NCBI GenBank assembly: GCA_963782305.1
Contig: CAWAJJ010000006.1
Coordinates: 99,463 to 163,462, forward strand
Source: an uncultured Actinomycetota bacterium
Lineage (GTDB): Bacteria; Actinomycetota; Actinomycetes; Propionibacteriales; Nocardioidaceae
Direction of reading: 5' to 3'
Length of the DNA: 64,000 nt
In this document: positions 41,965 to 51,324 of the stretch, piece after piece
How the letters are laid out: each line of letters opens with the position of its first letter
How positions within the stretch are numbered: position 1 is the first letter of the stretch
The notes under the pieces: model-generated
Seen by the model: only the letters and a program-made list of their open reading frames with translations
The model's database searches: none
Told to the model about the DNA's origin: nothing
Made by a program: the position numbers and the translations under genes

Positions 41965-41995
41965 TTGACTTCGAGCCCACTCCAAGGTCCACACT
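41965..41995 (+). promoter_or_regulatory. MerR-type promoter with 19-bp spacer and operator
   Basis: TTGACT-19-CACACT-6-GTG; operator CTTCGAG-n4-CTCCAAG. Confidence 0.7.
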
Positions 41996-42001
41996 GGCCG
42001 G

Positions 42002-42376
42002 GTGACTGCCCTGACCATCGCCGAGGCGGCCCAGGAGACCGGGCTGACCACGCACACGCTGCGCTACTACGAGCGCGACGGGCTGATGCTGGCCTCCGTC
42101 GACCGCTCGGTCTCCGGGCACCGCCGCTACTCCGAGCGCGACCTGACCTGGATCGAGATGATCACCCGGTTGCGCTCGACAGGGATGCCGATCCGCGACG
42201 TACGCCGCTACGCCGAGCTCGTGCGTGCCGGCGCCGGCAACGAGGGGGAACGGCTGGCCCTGCTCAAGGCCCACCGGGCTCGGGTCGAGCAGCAGCTGGC
42301 CGAGGTTGCCTCCCACCTGCGCGCGATCGACCACAAGATCGGGATCTACGAAGGTCAGGTCGACCAGGCGTCCTGA
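42002..42376 (+). CDS. MerR family regulator (AdhR/NmlR-like)
   Basis: TIAEAAQETGLTTHTLRYYERDGL, GHRRYS, LRSTGMPI, IDHKIGIY. Confidence 0.9.
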   Translation: MTALTIAEAAQETGLTTHTLRYYERDGLMLASVDRSVSGHRRYSERDLTWIEMITRLRSTGMPIRDVRRYAELVRAGAGNEGERLALLKAHRARVEQQLAEVASHLRAIDHKIGIYEGQVDQAS

Positions 42377-42381
42377 GCCCC

Positions 42382-42405
42382 TTGACTTGGAGCGCACTCG
42401 AAGTC
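42382..42405 (+). promoter_or_regulatory. second MerR operator upstream of the aldo/keto reductase
   Basis: TTGACT -35 overlapping the palindrome GACTTGGAG-cgca-CTCGAAGTC. Confidence 0.75.
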
Positions 42406-42419
42406 GTTGAGTGGTTGTC

Positions 42420-43430
42420 ATGACGATCACCCAACGCACCCTCGGCACCAACAAGAACGGGGCCACCCCCCTGACCGTGTCCACCCTCGGACTCGGCTGC
42501 ATGGGGATGTCGGAGTTCTACGGCACCCCTGACGAGCAGGGCGGGCTGGACACCATCCACCGCGCCCTCGACCTCGGCGTCACCTTCCTCGACACCGCCG
42601 ACATGTACGGCCCGTTCACCAACGAGAAGCTGGTCGGCAAGGCCATCAAGGACCGACGCGACGAGGTCCAGCTCGCGACCAAGTTCGGCAACAGGCGCGG
42701 GCCCGACGGGGAGCGGCTCGGCATCGACGGCTCCCCTGAGTACGTGCGGAAGGCGTGCGACGACTCGTTGCAGCGCCTCGGCGTGGACCACATCGACCTC
42801 TACTACCAGCACCGCGTCGACAAGACCGTCCCCATCGAGGAGACCGTCGGCGCCATGGCCGAGCTCGTCGAGGCGGGCAAGGTCCGCCACCTCGGCCTCT
42901 CGGAGGCAAGCGCAGCCAACATCCGCAAGGCGTACGCCGTGCACCCGATCACCGCGCTGCAGACCGAGTACTCCCTCTTCACCCGCGACCTCGAGGACGA
43001 GATCCTCGGCGTGATCCGGGAGCTCGGCATCGGCCTGGTCCCCTACTCCCCGCTCGGCCGCGGCATGCTGACCGGGACGATCAGCCGCGACCAGGGCGCC
43101 GACGGCGAGGGTGACGCCCGCCGGTCGTCGTACTTCCCCCGCTTCCAGGGCGAGGCCCTCGACGCCAACCTGACCCTGGTCGACAAGGTCACCCAGCTCG
43201 CCGACGAGAAGGGCTGCACCCCCGGCCAGCTCGCCCTCGCCTGGGTGCTCGCCCAGGGCGACGACGTGGTGCCGATCCCGGGGACCAAGCGGGTGAAGTA
43301 CCTCGAGGAGAACACTGCCGCGACCGACGTCAAGCTCAGCCCGGAGGACCTCGACGCGCTGGAGCGGGCCGTTCCCCGCGAGGCCGTCGCCGGCGAGCGC
43401 TACGGCGACATGTCCCACATCGACGGCTGA
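42420..43430 (+). CDS. aldo/keto reductase
   Basis: [42 protein letters not shown]. Confidence 0.95.
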   Translation: MTITQRTLGTNKNGATPLTVSTLGLGCMGMSEFYGTPDEQGGLDTIHRALDLGVTFLDTADMYGPFTNEKLVGKAIKDRRDEVQLATKFGNRRGPDGERLGIDGSPEYVRKACDDSLQRLGVDHIDLYYQHRVDKTVPIEETVGAMAELVEAGKVRHLGLSEASAANIRKAYAVHPITALQTEYSLFTRDLEDEILGVIRELGIGLVPYSPLGRGMLTGTISRDQGADGEGDARRSSYFPRFQGEALDANLTLVDKVTQLADEKGCTPGQLALAWVLAQGDDVVPIPGTKRVKYLEENTAATDVKLSPEDLDALERAVPREAVAGERYGDMSHIDG

Positions 43431-43529
43431 CAAAAGGGGCGGGGTGGTCGGCCTTTCCCTGACGATTTCGGGTGTTGCAACGGCCGAGAACGTCAGGTTT
43501 CCCCGGCTAACCGGGGAAACCTGCACCCC
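43429..43529 (-). repeat. ~100-bp repeat, copy E
   Basis: GACAAAAGGGGCGGGGTGGTCGGCC...GTGTTGCAAC...CCCCGGCTAACCGGGGAAACCTGCACCCC. Confidence 0.85.
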
Positions 43530-43535
43530 CGGGAC

Positions 43536-43584
43536 TTGACGTGAACAGACAGGTCTGTCTACCCTACCTAGACAGACCTGTCTA
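43536..43584 (+). promoter_or_regulatory. promoter with tandem TetR-type operators
   Basis: TTGACG -35; AGACAG-gt-CTGTCT (43547-43560) and TAGACAG-ac-CTGTCTA (43569-43584). Confidence 0.75.
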
Positions 43585-43598
43585 CCGAAGGACTCCCG

Positions 43599-44903
43599 AT
43601 GTCCGCCACGACCGCGTCACCGCTCCGCACCTCCCGGCTCTCCACCACCGCCTCGCTGGCGCTGCTGGCCTCGCTGGTCGTCTCGTTCCTGGCTGCGTCG
43701 GCGGTCCCGACGCCGCTGTACGCCGTCTACCAGGCTGAGTGGGGGTTCTCCCCGATCACGACGACCGTGGTGTTCGGCGTCTACGCGGTCGCCGTACTCC
43801 TGGCGCTGCTCGTCTTCGGCCGCCTCTCCGACCACGTCGGCCGCCGCCCGGTGCTGTTCGCCGGACTCCTCGGCCAGACCGTCGCGATGGTGGTCTTCGC
43901 GACAGCGGCCGGGGTCCCCGAGCTGCTGGTGGCCCGGATCATCCAGGGCGTCGCCACCGGGGCCGCCCTCGGCGCGATCGGCGCCGGCCTGCTCGACCTC
44001 GACCGGGCGCGCGGCACCGTCGCGAACGCCGTCGCACCCGGAGCCGGCACCGCTTCCGGCGCGCTGCTGTCCGGGCTCGTGGTGCAGTTCCTGCCCGCCC
44101 CCACGCACCTCGTGTACGTCGCGGCCATCGCCGTGTTCGCCCTCCAGGCCGTCGGCGTGGCGCTGATGGGCGAGACCGTCACCCGTCGTCCTGGCGCCCG
44201 CCGCTCACTGGTCCCCCAGCTCGCACTTCCCCGGACCGCCCGCCGAGCCGTCTTCGGCGCCGCGCCGGTCCTGTTCGCCGTCTGGGCGCTGGCCGGGTTC
44301 TACGGTGCGCTCGGTCCCGCGATCGTGCACGAGGTCTCCGGCTCGAGCTCGCTGGTGATGGGCGGCCTGTCCCTCTTCGTGCTCGCCGGCGTCGCCGCCG
44401 TCTCGGTCTACGTCCTCCGCGAGGCCGACCCGCACGGCGTGATGGCGGTCGGCATCCTGGCCCTGGTGACCGGCGTCGCCACGACCCTGGCGGCGATCGA
44501 CCTGGGCTCGACGGTCCTGTTCTTCATCGGCACGGCAGTAGCAGGCGTCGGCTTCGGCAGCGGCTTCCAGGGCGGCATCCGCACGGTGATGCCCCTGCTC
44601 CACGCCCACGAACGCGCCGGGGTGCTCTCGGTGCTCTACGTCGTGTCCTACCTCGGGATGGGCCTGCCGGCCGTGCTGGCCGGAGTGCTCGTCGTCCACG
44701 GCGGCGGACTGCTGACCACGTCCTACCAGTACGGCGTCGCGGTGATGGCCCTCGCGCTGCTCGCCCTCACCGTCGTCGTACGCCGACCCGATCCGATCGC
44801 CCGACGAAGAAGCCACCCGAGCCCGAGATCCAGCGACCCGTCACGCCGCAGCTGTGCACCGAAGGCGCCCGATAGTCTCGACGTGAGTCGTCCAGGAGAG
44901 TGA
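43599..44903 (+). CDS. MFS transporter (C-terminus may be frameshifted; alternative stop at 44875)
   Basis: PTPLYAVYQ, GRLSDHVGRRP motif A, about 12 TM segments. Confidence 0.9.
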   Translation: MSATTASPLRTSRLSTTASLALLASLVVSFLAASAVPTPLYAVYQAEWGFSPITTTVVFGVYAVAVLLALLVFGRLSDHVGRRPVLFAGLLGQTVAMVVFATAAGVPELLVARIIQGVATGAALGAIGAGLLDLDRARGTVANAVAPGAGTASGALLSGLVVQFLPAPTHLVYVAAIAVFALQAVGVALMGETVTRRPGARRSLVPQLALPRTARRAVFGAAPVLFAVWALAGFYGALGPAIVHEVSGSSSLVMGGLSLFVLAGVAAVSVYVLREADPHGVMAVGILALVTGVATTLAAIDLGSTVLFFIGTAVAGVGFGSGFQGGIRTVMPLLHAHERAGVLSVLYVVSYLGMGLPAVLAGVLVVHGGGLLTTSYQYGVAVMALALLALTVVVRRPDPIARRRSHPSPRSSDPSRRSCAPKAPDSLDVSRPGE

Positions 44904-44908
44904 AGACC

Positions 44909-45496
44909 ATGGCCACCAGCACGACGCAACCGAAGGCCTCGGCCCGCGAGCGGCTGCTCACGAGCGCCAACGAGCTGTTCTACCGCGAGGGCGTGCACAG
45001 CGTCGGCATCGACCGCGTCATCGAGCACGCGGGCGTTGCGAAGGCGTCGCTGTACAAGTCGTTCGGCAGCAAGGAGGAGCTGGTGCACGCCTATCTCCTC
45101 AGCCGCCAGGCGAACACCACCGCTCGCGTCACGGCGGCGATCGACGCACAAACCACACCGCGGGCGAAGCTGCTGGCCGTCTTCGACACCCAGGCCGAGA
45201 TCCAGGGCAGGCCCGGCTTCCGCGGATGCGCGTTCTCCGCCGCCAGCGCCGAGTCGAAGCCCGGCGGTCTCGTCGAGGAGGCCACCCACGGCTACCGCGA
45301 CTGGTTCCGCACGCTGTTCACCGAGCTGGCCACCAGCGCCGGAGCCGACGATCCCGCGATGCTCGCCCGCCAGCTGCACCTGCTGTACGACGGTGCCGCC
45401 TCGGCCGGCTATCTCGACCACGACCCCTCCGCGGCGAAGACGGCCCGAGCGGCTGCGGAGGTACTCATCGACAGCGCCTCTCGCACCGCCCAGTAG
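44909..45496 (+). CDS. TetR family regulator
   Basis: ARERLL..LFYREGVHSVGIDRVI..AKASLYKSFGSKEEL, FRGCAF. Confidence 0.92.
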   Translation: MATSTTQPKASARERLLTSANELFYREGVHSVGIDRVIEHAGVAKASLYKSFGSKEELVHAYLLSRQANTTARVTAAIDAQTTPRAKLLAVFDTQAEIQGRPGFRGCAFSAASAESKPGGLVEEATHGYRDWFRTLFTELATSAGADDPAMLARQLHLLYDGAASAGYLDHDPSAAKTARAAAEVLIDSASRTAQ

Positions 45497-45506
45497 GGTC
45501 GGAGGC

Positions 45507-46001
45507 ATGGCCAACACTGCACTCGGGGACACCCCCGCCCAGACCTCCGGAGACCTGCCCGCCGTCGGCGACCAGGCACCTTCGTTCACGCTCGTCGACG
45601 CTGACCTGGCGGAGTTGAGCTCCAGCGATCTGTCGGGCCGCACCGTGCTGAGCATCTTCCCCAGCATCGGCACCGGCGTCTGCCAGGCTTCCGTGCGCAA
45701 GTTCAACGAGCTCGCGAGCGGCCTCGAGAACACGACCGTCATCAACGTCTCCGTCGACCTGCCGTTCGCGCTCAAGGACTTCTGCGCCGCCGAGGGCCTG
45801 GAGAACGTCAAGGTCGGGTCGGCGTTCCGGTCGTCGTTCGGCGACGACTACGGCGTACGCCTCCTCGACACCAAGTTCGAGGGCCTGCTCGCCCGGGCGA
45901 TCGTGGTCGTCGGCGAGGACGGCAAGGTCCTCTACAACGAGCTCGTCCCCAACATCGGCCAGGAGCCGGACTACGACGCAGCGGTGGCTGCTCTCTCCTG
46001 A
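45507..46001 (+). CDS. tpx: thiol peroxidase (atypical 2-Cys Prx)
   Basis: FPSIGTGVCQASVRKFN, SVDLPFA..FCAAEG, EPDYDAA. Confidence 0.92.
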   Translation: MANTALGDTPAQTSGDLPAVGDQAPSFTLVDADLAELSSSDLSGRTVLSIFPSIGTGVCQASVRKFNELASGLENTTVINVSVDLPFALKDFCAAEGLENVKVGSAFRSSFGDDYGVRLLDTKFEGLLARAIVVVGEDGKVLYNELVPNIGQEPDYDAAVAALS

Positions 46002-46876
46002 TGAAGCTGGCCATCCACTGCGCCGACCTGACCTGGCCCGGTGGCGCGCCCACCCTCGGCCGCACGCTCGCCGAGGTCGCCCGGGTCGCCGACCAGGGCG
46101 GCGTCACGACGCTGACGATGATGGACCACTACTTCCAGATGGAGCAGCTCGGCGGGCCGCCGGAGCCGATGCTCGAGGGCTACACGTCGCTCGGGTTCCT
46201 CGCCGGTCAGACCAGCAACGTCGAGCTGGGCCTGCTGGTCACCGGTGTGACCTACCGCCACCCCGGGCTGCTCGCCAAGATCGTCAGCACCCTCGACGTG
46301 CTCAGCGGCGGTCGCGCGATGCTCGGCATCGGTGCCGCCTGGTACGACCGTGAGCACGCCGGCCTCGGAGTGCCCTTCCCGCCCACCTCCGAGCGCTTCG
46401 AGCGGCTCGAGGAGGCGTTGCAGGTCTGCCGCCGGATGTGGAGCGACGACGACAGCCCCTACGAGGGCAAGCACTACCAGCTCGCCGAGCCGGTCAGCGT
46501 CCCGCAGCCGATCCGGCAGGGTGGGCCGCGCATCCTGATCGGCGGCAGCGGCGAGAAGAAGACGCTGCGCCTGGTCGCGAAGTACGCCGATGCGTGCAAC
46601 CTCTTCGGCGACGACCCCGACGAGATCGGGCACAAGCTCGAGGTGCTCGACCGGCACTGCGCGAACGAGGGCCGCGACCCCGCCGAGATCCAGCGCACCG
46701 TCATCGGCGGCAACGTCCTCGACGACGTCGACGGGTTCCTACGCCGGATGGAGGCGCTCTCCGCACTCGGCATCGACCAGGTCTGGACCGGCCCGAGTGC
46801 CGACGACCCGGTCGGCAGCGTCACCGAGATCTGCGAGCGCGTGCTGCCCCGCCTCGCCGAGATCGGCGCACCTTGA
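46001..46876 (+). CDS. LLM-class F420-dependent oxidoreductase
   Basis: MDHYFQM, LVTGVTYRHPGLLAK, DVLSGGR, GGSGEKKTL. Confidence 0.9.
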   Translation: MKLAIHCADLTWPGGAPTLGRTLAEVARVADQGGVTTLTMMDHYFQMEQLGGPPEPMLEGYTSLGFLAGQTSNVELGLLVTGVTYRHPGLLAKIVSTLDVLSGGRAMLGIGAAWYDREHAGLGVPFPPTSERFERLEEALQVCRRMWSDDDSPYEGKHYQLAEPVSVPQPIRQGGPRILIGGSGEKKTLRLVAKYADACNLFGDDPDEIGHKLEVLDRHCANEGRDPAEIQRTVIGGNVLDDVDGFLRRMEALSALGIDQVWTGPSADDPVGSVTEICERVLPRLAEIGAP

Positions 46877-46877
46877 C

Positions 46878-46905
46878 CTCCTCGGTTCCTGAGCCTGTCG
46901 AAGGG
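46878..46905 (-). repeat. STGS-type element, intergenic copy (inverted partner at 47481-47508)
   Basis: CTCCTCGGTTCCTGAGCCTGTCGAAGGG. Confidence 0.8.
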
Positions 46906-46911
46906 CGGGGC

Positions 46912-48585
46912 ATGACGGACGACCTGCTCGACCGCGCTCGTGCCTGGGCCGCTGACGACCCCGACCCGGTGACGAGGACGGAGCTCGAGAGGCTGATCGC
47001 GGACGGGCCCTCCGACGAGCTCGCCGACCGGTTCGACGGCACGCTCGAGTTCGGCACGGCCGGTCTCCGTGGCGCCCTGGGCGCCGGCCCGAACCGGATG
47101 AACCGCGTCGTCGTCCTGCGCGCGGCCGCCGGGCTGGCGGCGTACCTCCGCGCCAACGGTGCCGGGGCCGAGGACTCCGTCGTGATCGGCTACGACGCCC
47201 GCCACAACTCCGACGTGTTCGCGCGGGACACGGCCGAGGTGATGACCGGCGCCGGCCTGCGGGCGTTCGTCCTCCCCCGGCCGCTGCCGACGCCGTTGCT
47301 CGCCTTCGCCATCCGTGACCTCGGCTGCGTCGCCGGCGTGATGGTGACCGCCAGCCACAACCCGCCCCAGGACAACGGCTACAAGGTCTACCTCGGTGAC
47401 GGCAGCCAGATCGTGCCTCCGGCCGACGAGCAGATCGCCGCACAGATCGCGGCGGTGGGCGCCGTGGCTGACATCCCCCTCCCGTCGACAGGCTCAGGAA
47501 CCGAGGAGATCGTCGTCCTGGGCGACGAGCTGCTCGACCGCTACCTGAAGACCGTGGTCGACCTCGCCGGCGGCGGGCCGCGCGAGCTGAACGTCGTCTA
47601 CACCCCGCTCCACGGTGTCGGTGGCGCCTCGGTGATCACTGCCCTGAAGCAGGCGGGCTTCGCCGCGCCGCACGTCGCGACCGCGCAGGCCGAGCCTGAC
47701 CCCGACTTCCCGACCGTGGCCTTCCCCAACCCCGAGGAGCCCGGGGCGATGGACCTCGCGATGGAGCTGGCCGTGGAGGTCGAGGCCGACATCGTGGTGG
47801 CCAACGACCCGGACGCCGACCGCTGCGCCGTCGCCATCCCCGGTGGGCCGCACGGCTGGCAGATGCTCCGCGGCGACGAGGTCGGCGCCCTGCTCGCGCA
47901 GCACCTGCTGGGAATGCGGCGCGAGGGTGTCTACGCCACCTCGATCGTGTCCTCCTCGCTGCTGGGCAAGATGGCCCTGGCCGAGAAGCAGCTGTACGCC
48001 GAGACGCTCACCGGCTTCAAGTGGATCGGCCGGGTCGAGAACCTGGCGTTCGGCTACGAGGAGGCGCTCGGCTACTGCGTCGACCCGGCCCACGTGAAGG
48101 ACAAGGACGGCATCTCCGCGCTGATGATGGTCTGCGACATCGCCGCCCGGGCGAAGGCGGCCGGGCGCACGCTGCGCGACCTGCTGGACGACATCGCCCG
48201 GAAGCACGGCCTGCACGCCACCGACCAGCTCTCCGTGCGGATGGACGACCTCGCGGCGATCCCCGCGGTCGTCGACCGGCTCCGCGACCACCCACCCGCC
48301 TCGCTCGGCGGACTCGACGTCCTGGGCGTCGACGACCTGTCCCTGGGCTCCGAACACGTGCCGCCGACGGTCGGGCTGCGCTTCCGGCTGGCCGACGACG
48401 CCCGGGTGGTCGTACGCCCCTCGGGGACCGAGCCGAAGATCAAGTGCTACCTCGAGGTGGTCGTCCCGGTCGAGCCCTTCACCAGCTCGGGCCAGGACGA
48501 CGGCGGCGTGGACGCCGCCCGGATCAGCGCGGTCGGTCGCCTCGACGCCATCCGCAGCGACCTCCAGGCAGCCGCCGGCCTCTAG
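46912..48585 (+). CDS. phospho-sugar mutase (phosphomannomutase-like)
   Basis: FGTAGLRG, TASHNP, DPDADR, TLTGFKW, RPSGTEPKIK. Confidence 0.93.
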   Translation: MTDDLLDRARAWAADDPDPVTRTELERLIADGPSDELADRFDGTLEFGTAGLRGALGAGPNRMNRVVVLRAAAGLAAYLRANGAGAEDSVVIGYDARHNSDVFARDTAEVMTGAGLRAFVLPRPLPTPLLAFAIRDLGCVAGVMVTASHNPPQDNGYKVYLGDGSQIVPPADEQIAAQIAAVGAVADIPLPSTGSGTEEIVVLGDELLDRYLKTVVDLAGGGPRELNVVYTPLHGVGGASVITALKQAGFAAPHVATAQAEPDPDFPTVAFPNPEEPGAMDLAMELAVEVEADIVVANDPDADRCAVAIPGGPHGWQMLRGDEVGALLAQHLLGMRREGVYATSIVSSSLLGKMALAEKQLYAETLTGFKWIGRVENLAFGYEEALGYCVDPAHVKDKDGISALMMVCDIAARAKAAGRTLRDLLDDIARKHGLHATDQLSVRMDDLAAIPAVVDRLRDHPPASLGGLDVLGVDDLSLGSEHVPPTVGLRFRLADDARVVVRPSGTEPKIKCYLEVVVPVEPFTSSGQDDGGVDAARISAVGRLDAIRSDLQAAAGL

Positions 48586-48592
48586 GACCGGA

Positions 48593-49120
48593 TCAGTTGA
48601 CGACCTTCGGGCCGCGCAGACCGGAGCGCTGGACGACCCGCTGGATCTCGAGGTCACGCTTGTCGGGGCTGCCGACGTACCTGATCTCGCGCAGGCCCTG
48701 AGCCTGCGCCGCGGACTCGAAGGTGAAGTGGCCGAAGCCGAGCACCCGCCCGACCAGCGGCTTGACGACGGTGATGTCGAGGATCCGGCCCAGCGGCATC
48801 GTCGCCAGCGAACGTGCCAGCACGCCCTTGACGCGGAAGACGCGCATGTTGGTGATCACGAAGCAGTCGAGGTTGGCCGCGAGCGCCTTCCAGCCGGCCC
48901 ACAGCAGCAGCCCGACGCCGAGGAGCAGCGGGAACCAGGCCAGGTCGAGGTCGGAGAACACGAACACCCCCAGCGAGACCAGGCCGAGGTAGCCGATGAT
49001 CGTCGGCATCACGTAGACGACCCAGTGCTTGCGGACGATCTCGACGATGACCTCACCCTCGTCGCGCAGCAGGTGCCGCCCGATGTCGGGGTCGGTGAGG
49101 GTACGACGGATCCAGCCCAC
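48593..49120 (-). CDS. bacterial PH-domain membrane protein
   Basis: GEVIVEIVRKHW, two TM segments, VITNMRV..GVL..RILDITV..GRVLGFG. Confidence 0.8.
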   Translation of the reverse strand: MGWIRRTLTDPDIGRHLLRDEGEVIVEIVRKHWVVYVMPTIIGYLGLVSLGVFVFSDLDLAWFPLLLGVGLLLWAGWKALAANLDCFVITNMRVFRVKGVLARSLATMPLGRILDITVVKPLVGRVLGFGHFTFESAAQAQGLREIRYVGSPDKRDLEIQRVVQRSGLRGPKVVN

Positions 49121-49128
49121 GGCCGTGT

Positions 49129-49308
49129 CTAGTTGCCGAGCGACTTGATGAAGCTGATCAGGGAGTCGAAGAGCTGCGTCAACAGGTCCCAGATCGTCGA
49201 GCCGGTCTCCTTGGCGGACTGGGCGAACCCGTTGGGATCCTGCACGAGCCAGAAGCCCAGGAACAGGATCACGAGAAGCACGACACCCTTCTTGAGTGCG
49301 CCATCCAT
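49129..49308 (-). CDS. small membrane protein (59 aa)
   Basis: AAGGAG RBS; MDGALKKGVVLLVILFLGFWLVQDPNGFA... Confidence 0.7.
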   Translation of the reverse strand: MDGALKKGVVLLVILFLGFWLVQDPNGFAQSAKETGSTIWDLLTQLFDSLISFIKSLGN

Positions 49309-49444
49309 CGCATGCTCCTTGTGTCCGGGGGAAGGAATGCGGACGCCGAAACGCACGCACGACACCACTGTTCTACCAAAATCGAGACTCGAGTGGTCGC
49401 AGGCGCGCTCGGGAAAGGCCCCGGGACACGGCATCATCGGACAT

Positions 49445-50344
49445 ATGACCTCCGCACCCCGTTCCCTCGACCTCGCGGTGGAGGGTGGCACCCTCCCGAT
49501 GCTCGTCTTCGGCGAGGGGACGGAGCCGGCACCCCGCCGTACGGTCCTCGCGGCGCACGGCATCACCGCCTCCTCGATGAGCTGGGCGGCGGTCGCCGCT
49601 GCCCTGCCGGACACCTGGACGCTGATCGCCCCCGACCTCCGGGGTCGCGGGGCGGCCCGGGACCTGCCCGGTCCCACCGGACTGCGGCGCCACGCCGTCG
49701 ACCTCTGCCGGGTCGCCGAGCAGCTCGACCCGGCACGGACCGGCGAGCTGGTGCTCGCCGGCCACTCCATGGGCGCCTACGTCGCCCTGCTCGCCACCCA
49801 GGCCAGGCCGGACCTGTTCCGCCGGCTGGTGATGGTCGACGGCGGAGTGCCCTTGCCGCTTCCGAAGGGCACGGACCCCGACGAGCTGCTCGCGGCAACG
49901 CTCGGTCCTGCGTTGGAACGGCTGAGCCGCACCTACGCCGACGTGGATGAGTACGTCGAGTTCTTCCGCCAGCATCCGGCCCTCGGACCCCACTGGAACG
50001 ACACCGTCGAGGCCTACGTCCGCTACGACGCGCTCGAGACGCCGGAGGGCGTGCGGTCACGCGCGGTGGAGGACGCCGTGCGCACGGACGGGCGGGACCT
50101 GCTCGTGCTGCACGACGAGATCGACGCAGCGCTGCGGGGACTGACCGTGCCGGCGCAGCTGCTCTGCGCCCCGCTCGGGATGTTCGGCGAGGCTCCCGGC
50201 CTGCTGCCCGCTGACGCGGTGAGGAGGTACGACGGGCAGCTGAGCCATCTCACCGTGGAGACGGTGCCCGACGTCAACCACTACACGATCCTGTTCGACC
50301 CGGCCGCTGCCACTCGCGTGGCCGCCGCGATCGCCCGGGACTGA
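49445..50344 (+). CDS. alpha/beta hydrolase
   Basis: HGITAS, PDLRGRG, GHSMG, NHYTI. Confidence 0.88.
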   Translation: MTSAPRSLDLAVEGGTLPMLVFGEGTEPAPRRTVLAAHGITASSMSWAAVAAALPDTWTLIAPDLRGRGAARDLPGPTGLRRHAVDLCRVAEQLDPARTGELVLAGHSMGAYVALLATQARPDLFRRLVMVDGGVPLPLPKGTDPDELLAATLGPALERLSRTYADVDEYVEFFRQHPALGPHWNDTVEAYVRYDALETPEGVRSRAVEDAVRTDGRDLLVLHDEIDAALRGLTVPAQLLCAPLGMFGEAPGLLPADAVRRYDGQLSHLTVETVPDVNHYTILFDPAAATRVAAAIARD

Positions 50345-50348
50345 CGGC

Positions 50349-51324
50349 TCAGTCGGACCCGGACTCGAGGCTCTCCAGCAGCAGGTCGGCCGCCGCGTAG
50401 GGATCGCTCTCCCCCGCGATCACCTCGGCGGCGAGCTCGTCGAGGGCGGCGTTCTCGTGCACGCCGCGCCACTGCTCGCGCAGCGCAGTCACGGCGATCG
50501 CCTCGATCTCGTCGCGTGCCCGGCGCAGCCGCCGCTTCTCCAGCTCGCCGCTGGCGGTGATGTGCTCGCGGTGCCGGTCGATGGCCGCCGACGACCTCGT
50601 CGATGCCCTCGTTCTTGCTGGCGATCGTCTTGATGATCTCCGGGCGCCAGGCCCCTTCGGGACGGTCGGAGAGTCCGATCATCGAGCGCAGCTCGCGGCG
50701 TACCTGGTCGGCTCCGTCCCGGTCGGACTTGTTGATCACGAACAGGTCACCGATCTCGAGGATCCCCGCCTTCGCCGCCTGGATGCCGTCGCCCATGCCC
50801 GGGGCGAGCAGCACCATCGTGGTGTCGGCCATCGCGGCGATCTCGACCTCGCTCTGGCCCACGCCCACGGTCTCGATCAGGATGATGTCGCAGCCCGCGG
50901 CGTCCAGCACGCGCAGCGCCTGCGGCGTCGCCCAGGACAGCCCGCCGAGGTGCCCGCGGGAGGCCATCGAGCGGATGTAGACGGACTTGTCGAGCGCGTG
51001 GTCCTGCATCCGCACCCGGTCCCCGAGCAGCGCTCCGCCGGAGAAGGGCGACGAGGGGTCGACCGCCAGCACGCCGACCCGCTTGTCCTGCTCCCGCAGG
51101 GCGGAGACCAGCGCGGCGGTCGACGTCGACTTCCCGACGCCGGGCGAGCCGGTGAGGCCGACGACGTGAGCCGTTCCGGCGTACGGCGCCAGCCCGGCCA
51201 TCACCTCACGCAGCAACGGTGAGGCGTCCTCGACGAGCGAGATCAGCCGCGCGACCGACCGGGGGTCTCCCGCGCGGGCGTTCTCGACGAGCTTGGGGAC
51301 GTCACCCGTCGACCGCCTGCTCAC
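50349..51324 (-). CDS. meaB: acyl-CoA mutase-associated GTPase (one extra base at ~50590)
   Basis: [41 protein letters not shown]; the C-terminus [10 protein letters not shown] lies in the shifted frame. Confidence 0.92.

Noticed and set aside
48474-48497. Possible degenerate STGS-element copy (CCCTTCACCAGCTCGGGCCAG, PFTSSGQ) near the pmm 3' end
   Set aside because: Too diverged to count with confidence.
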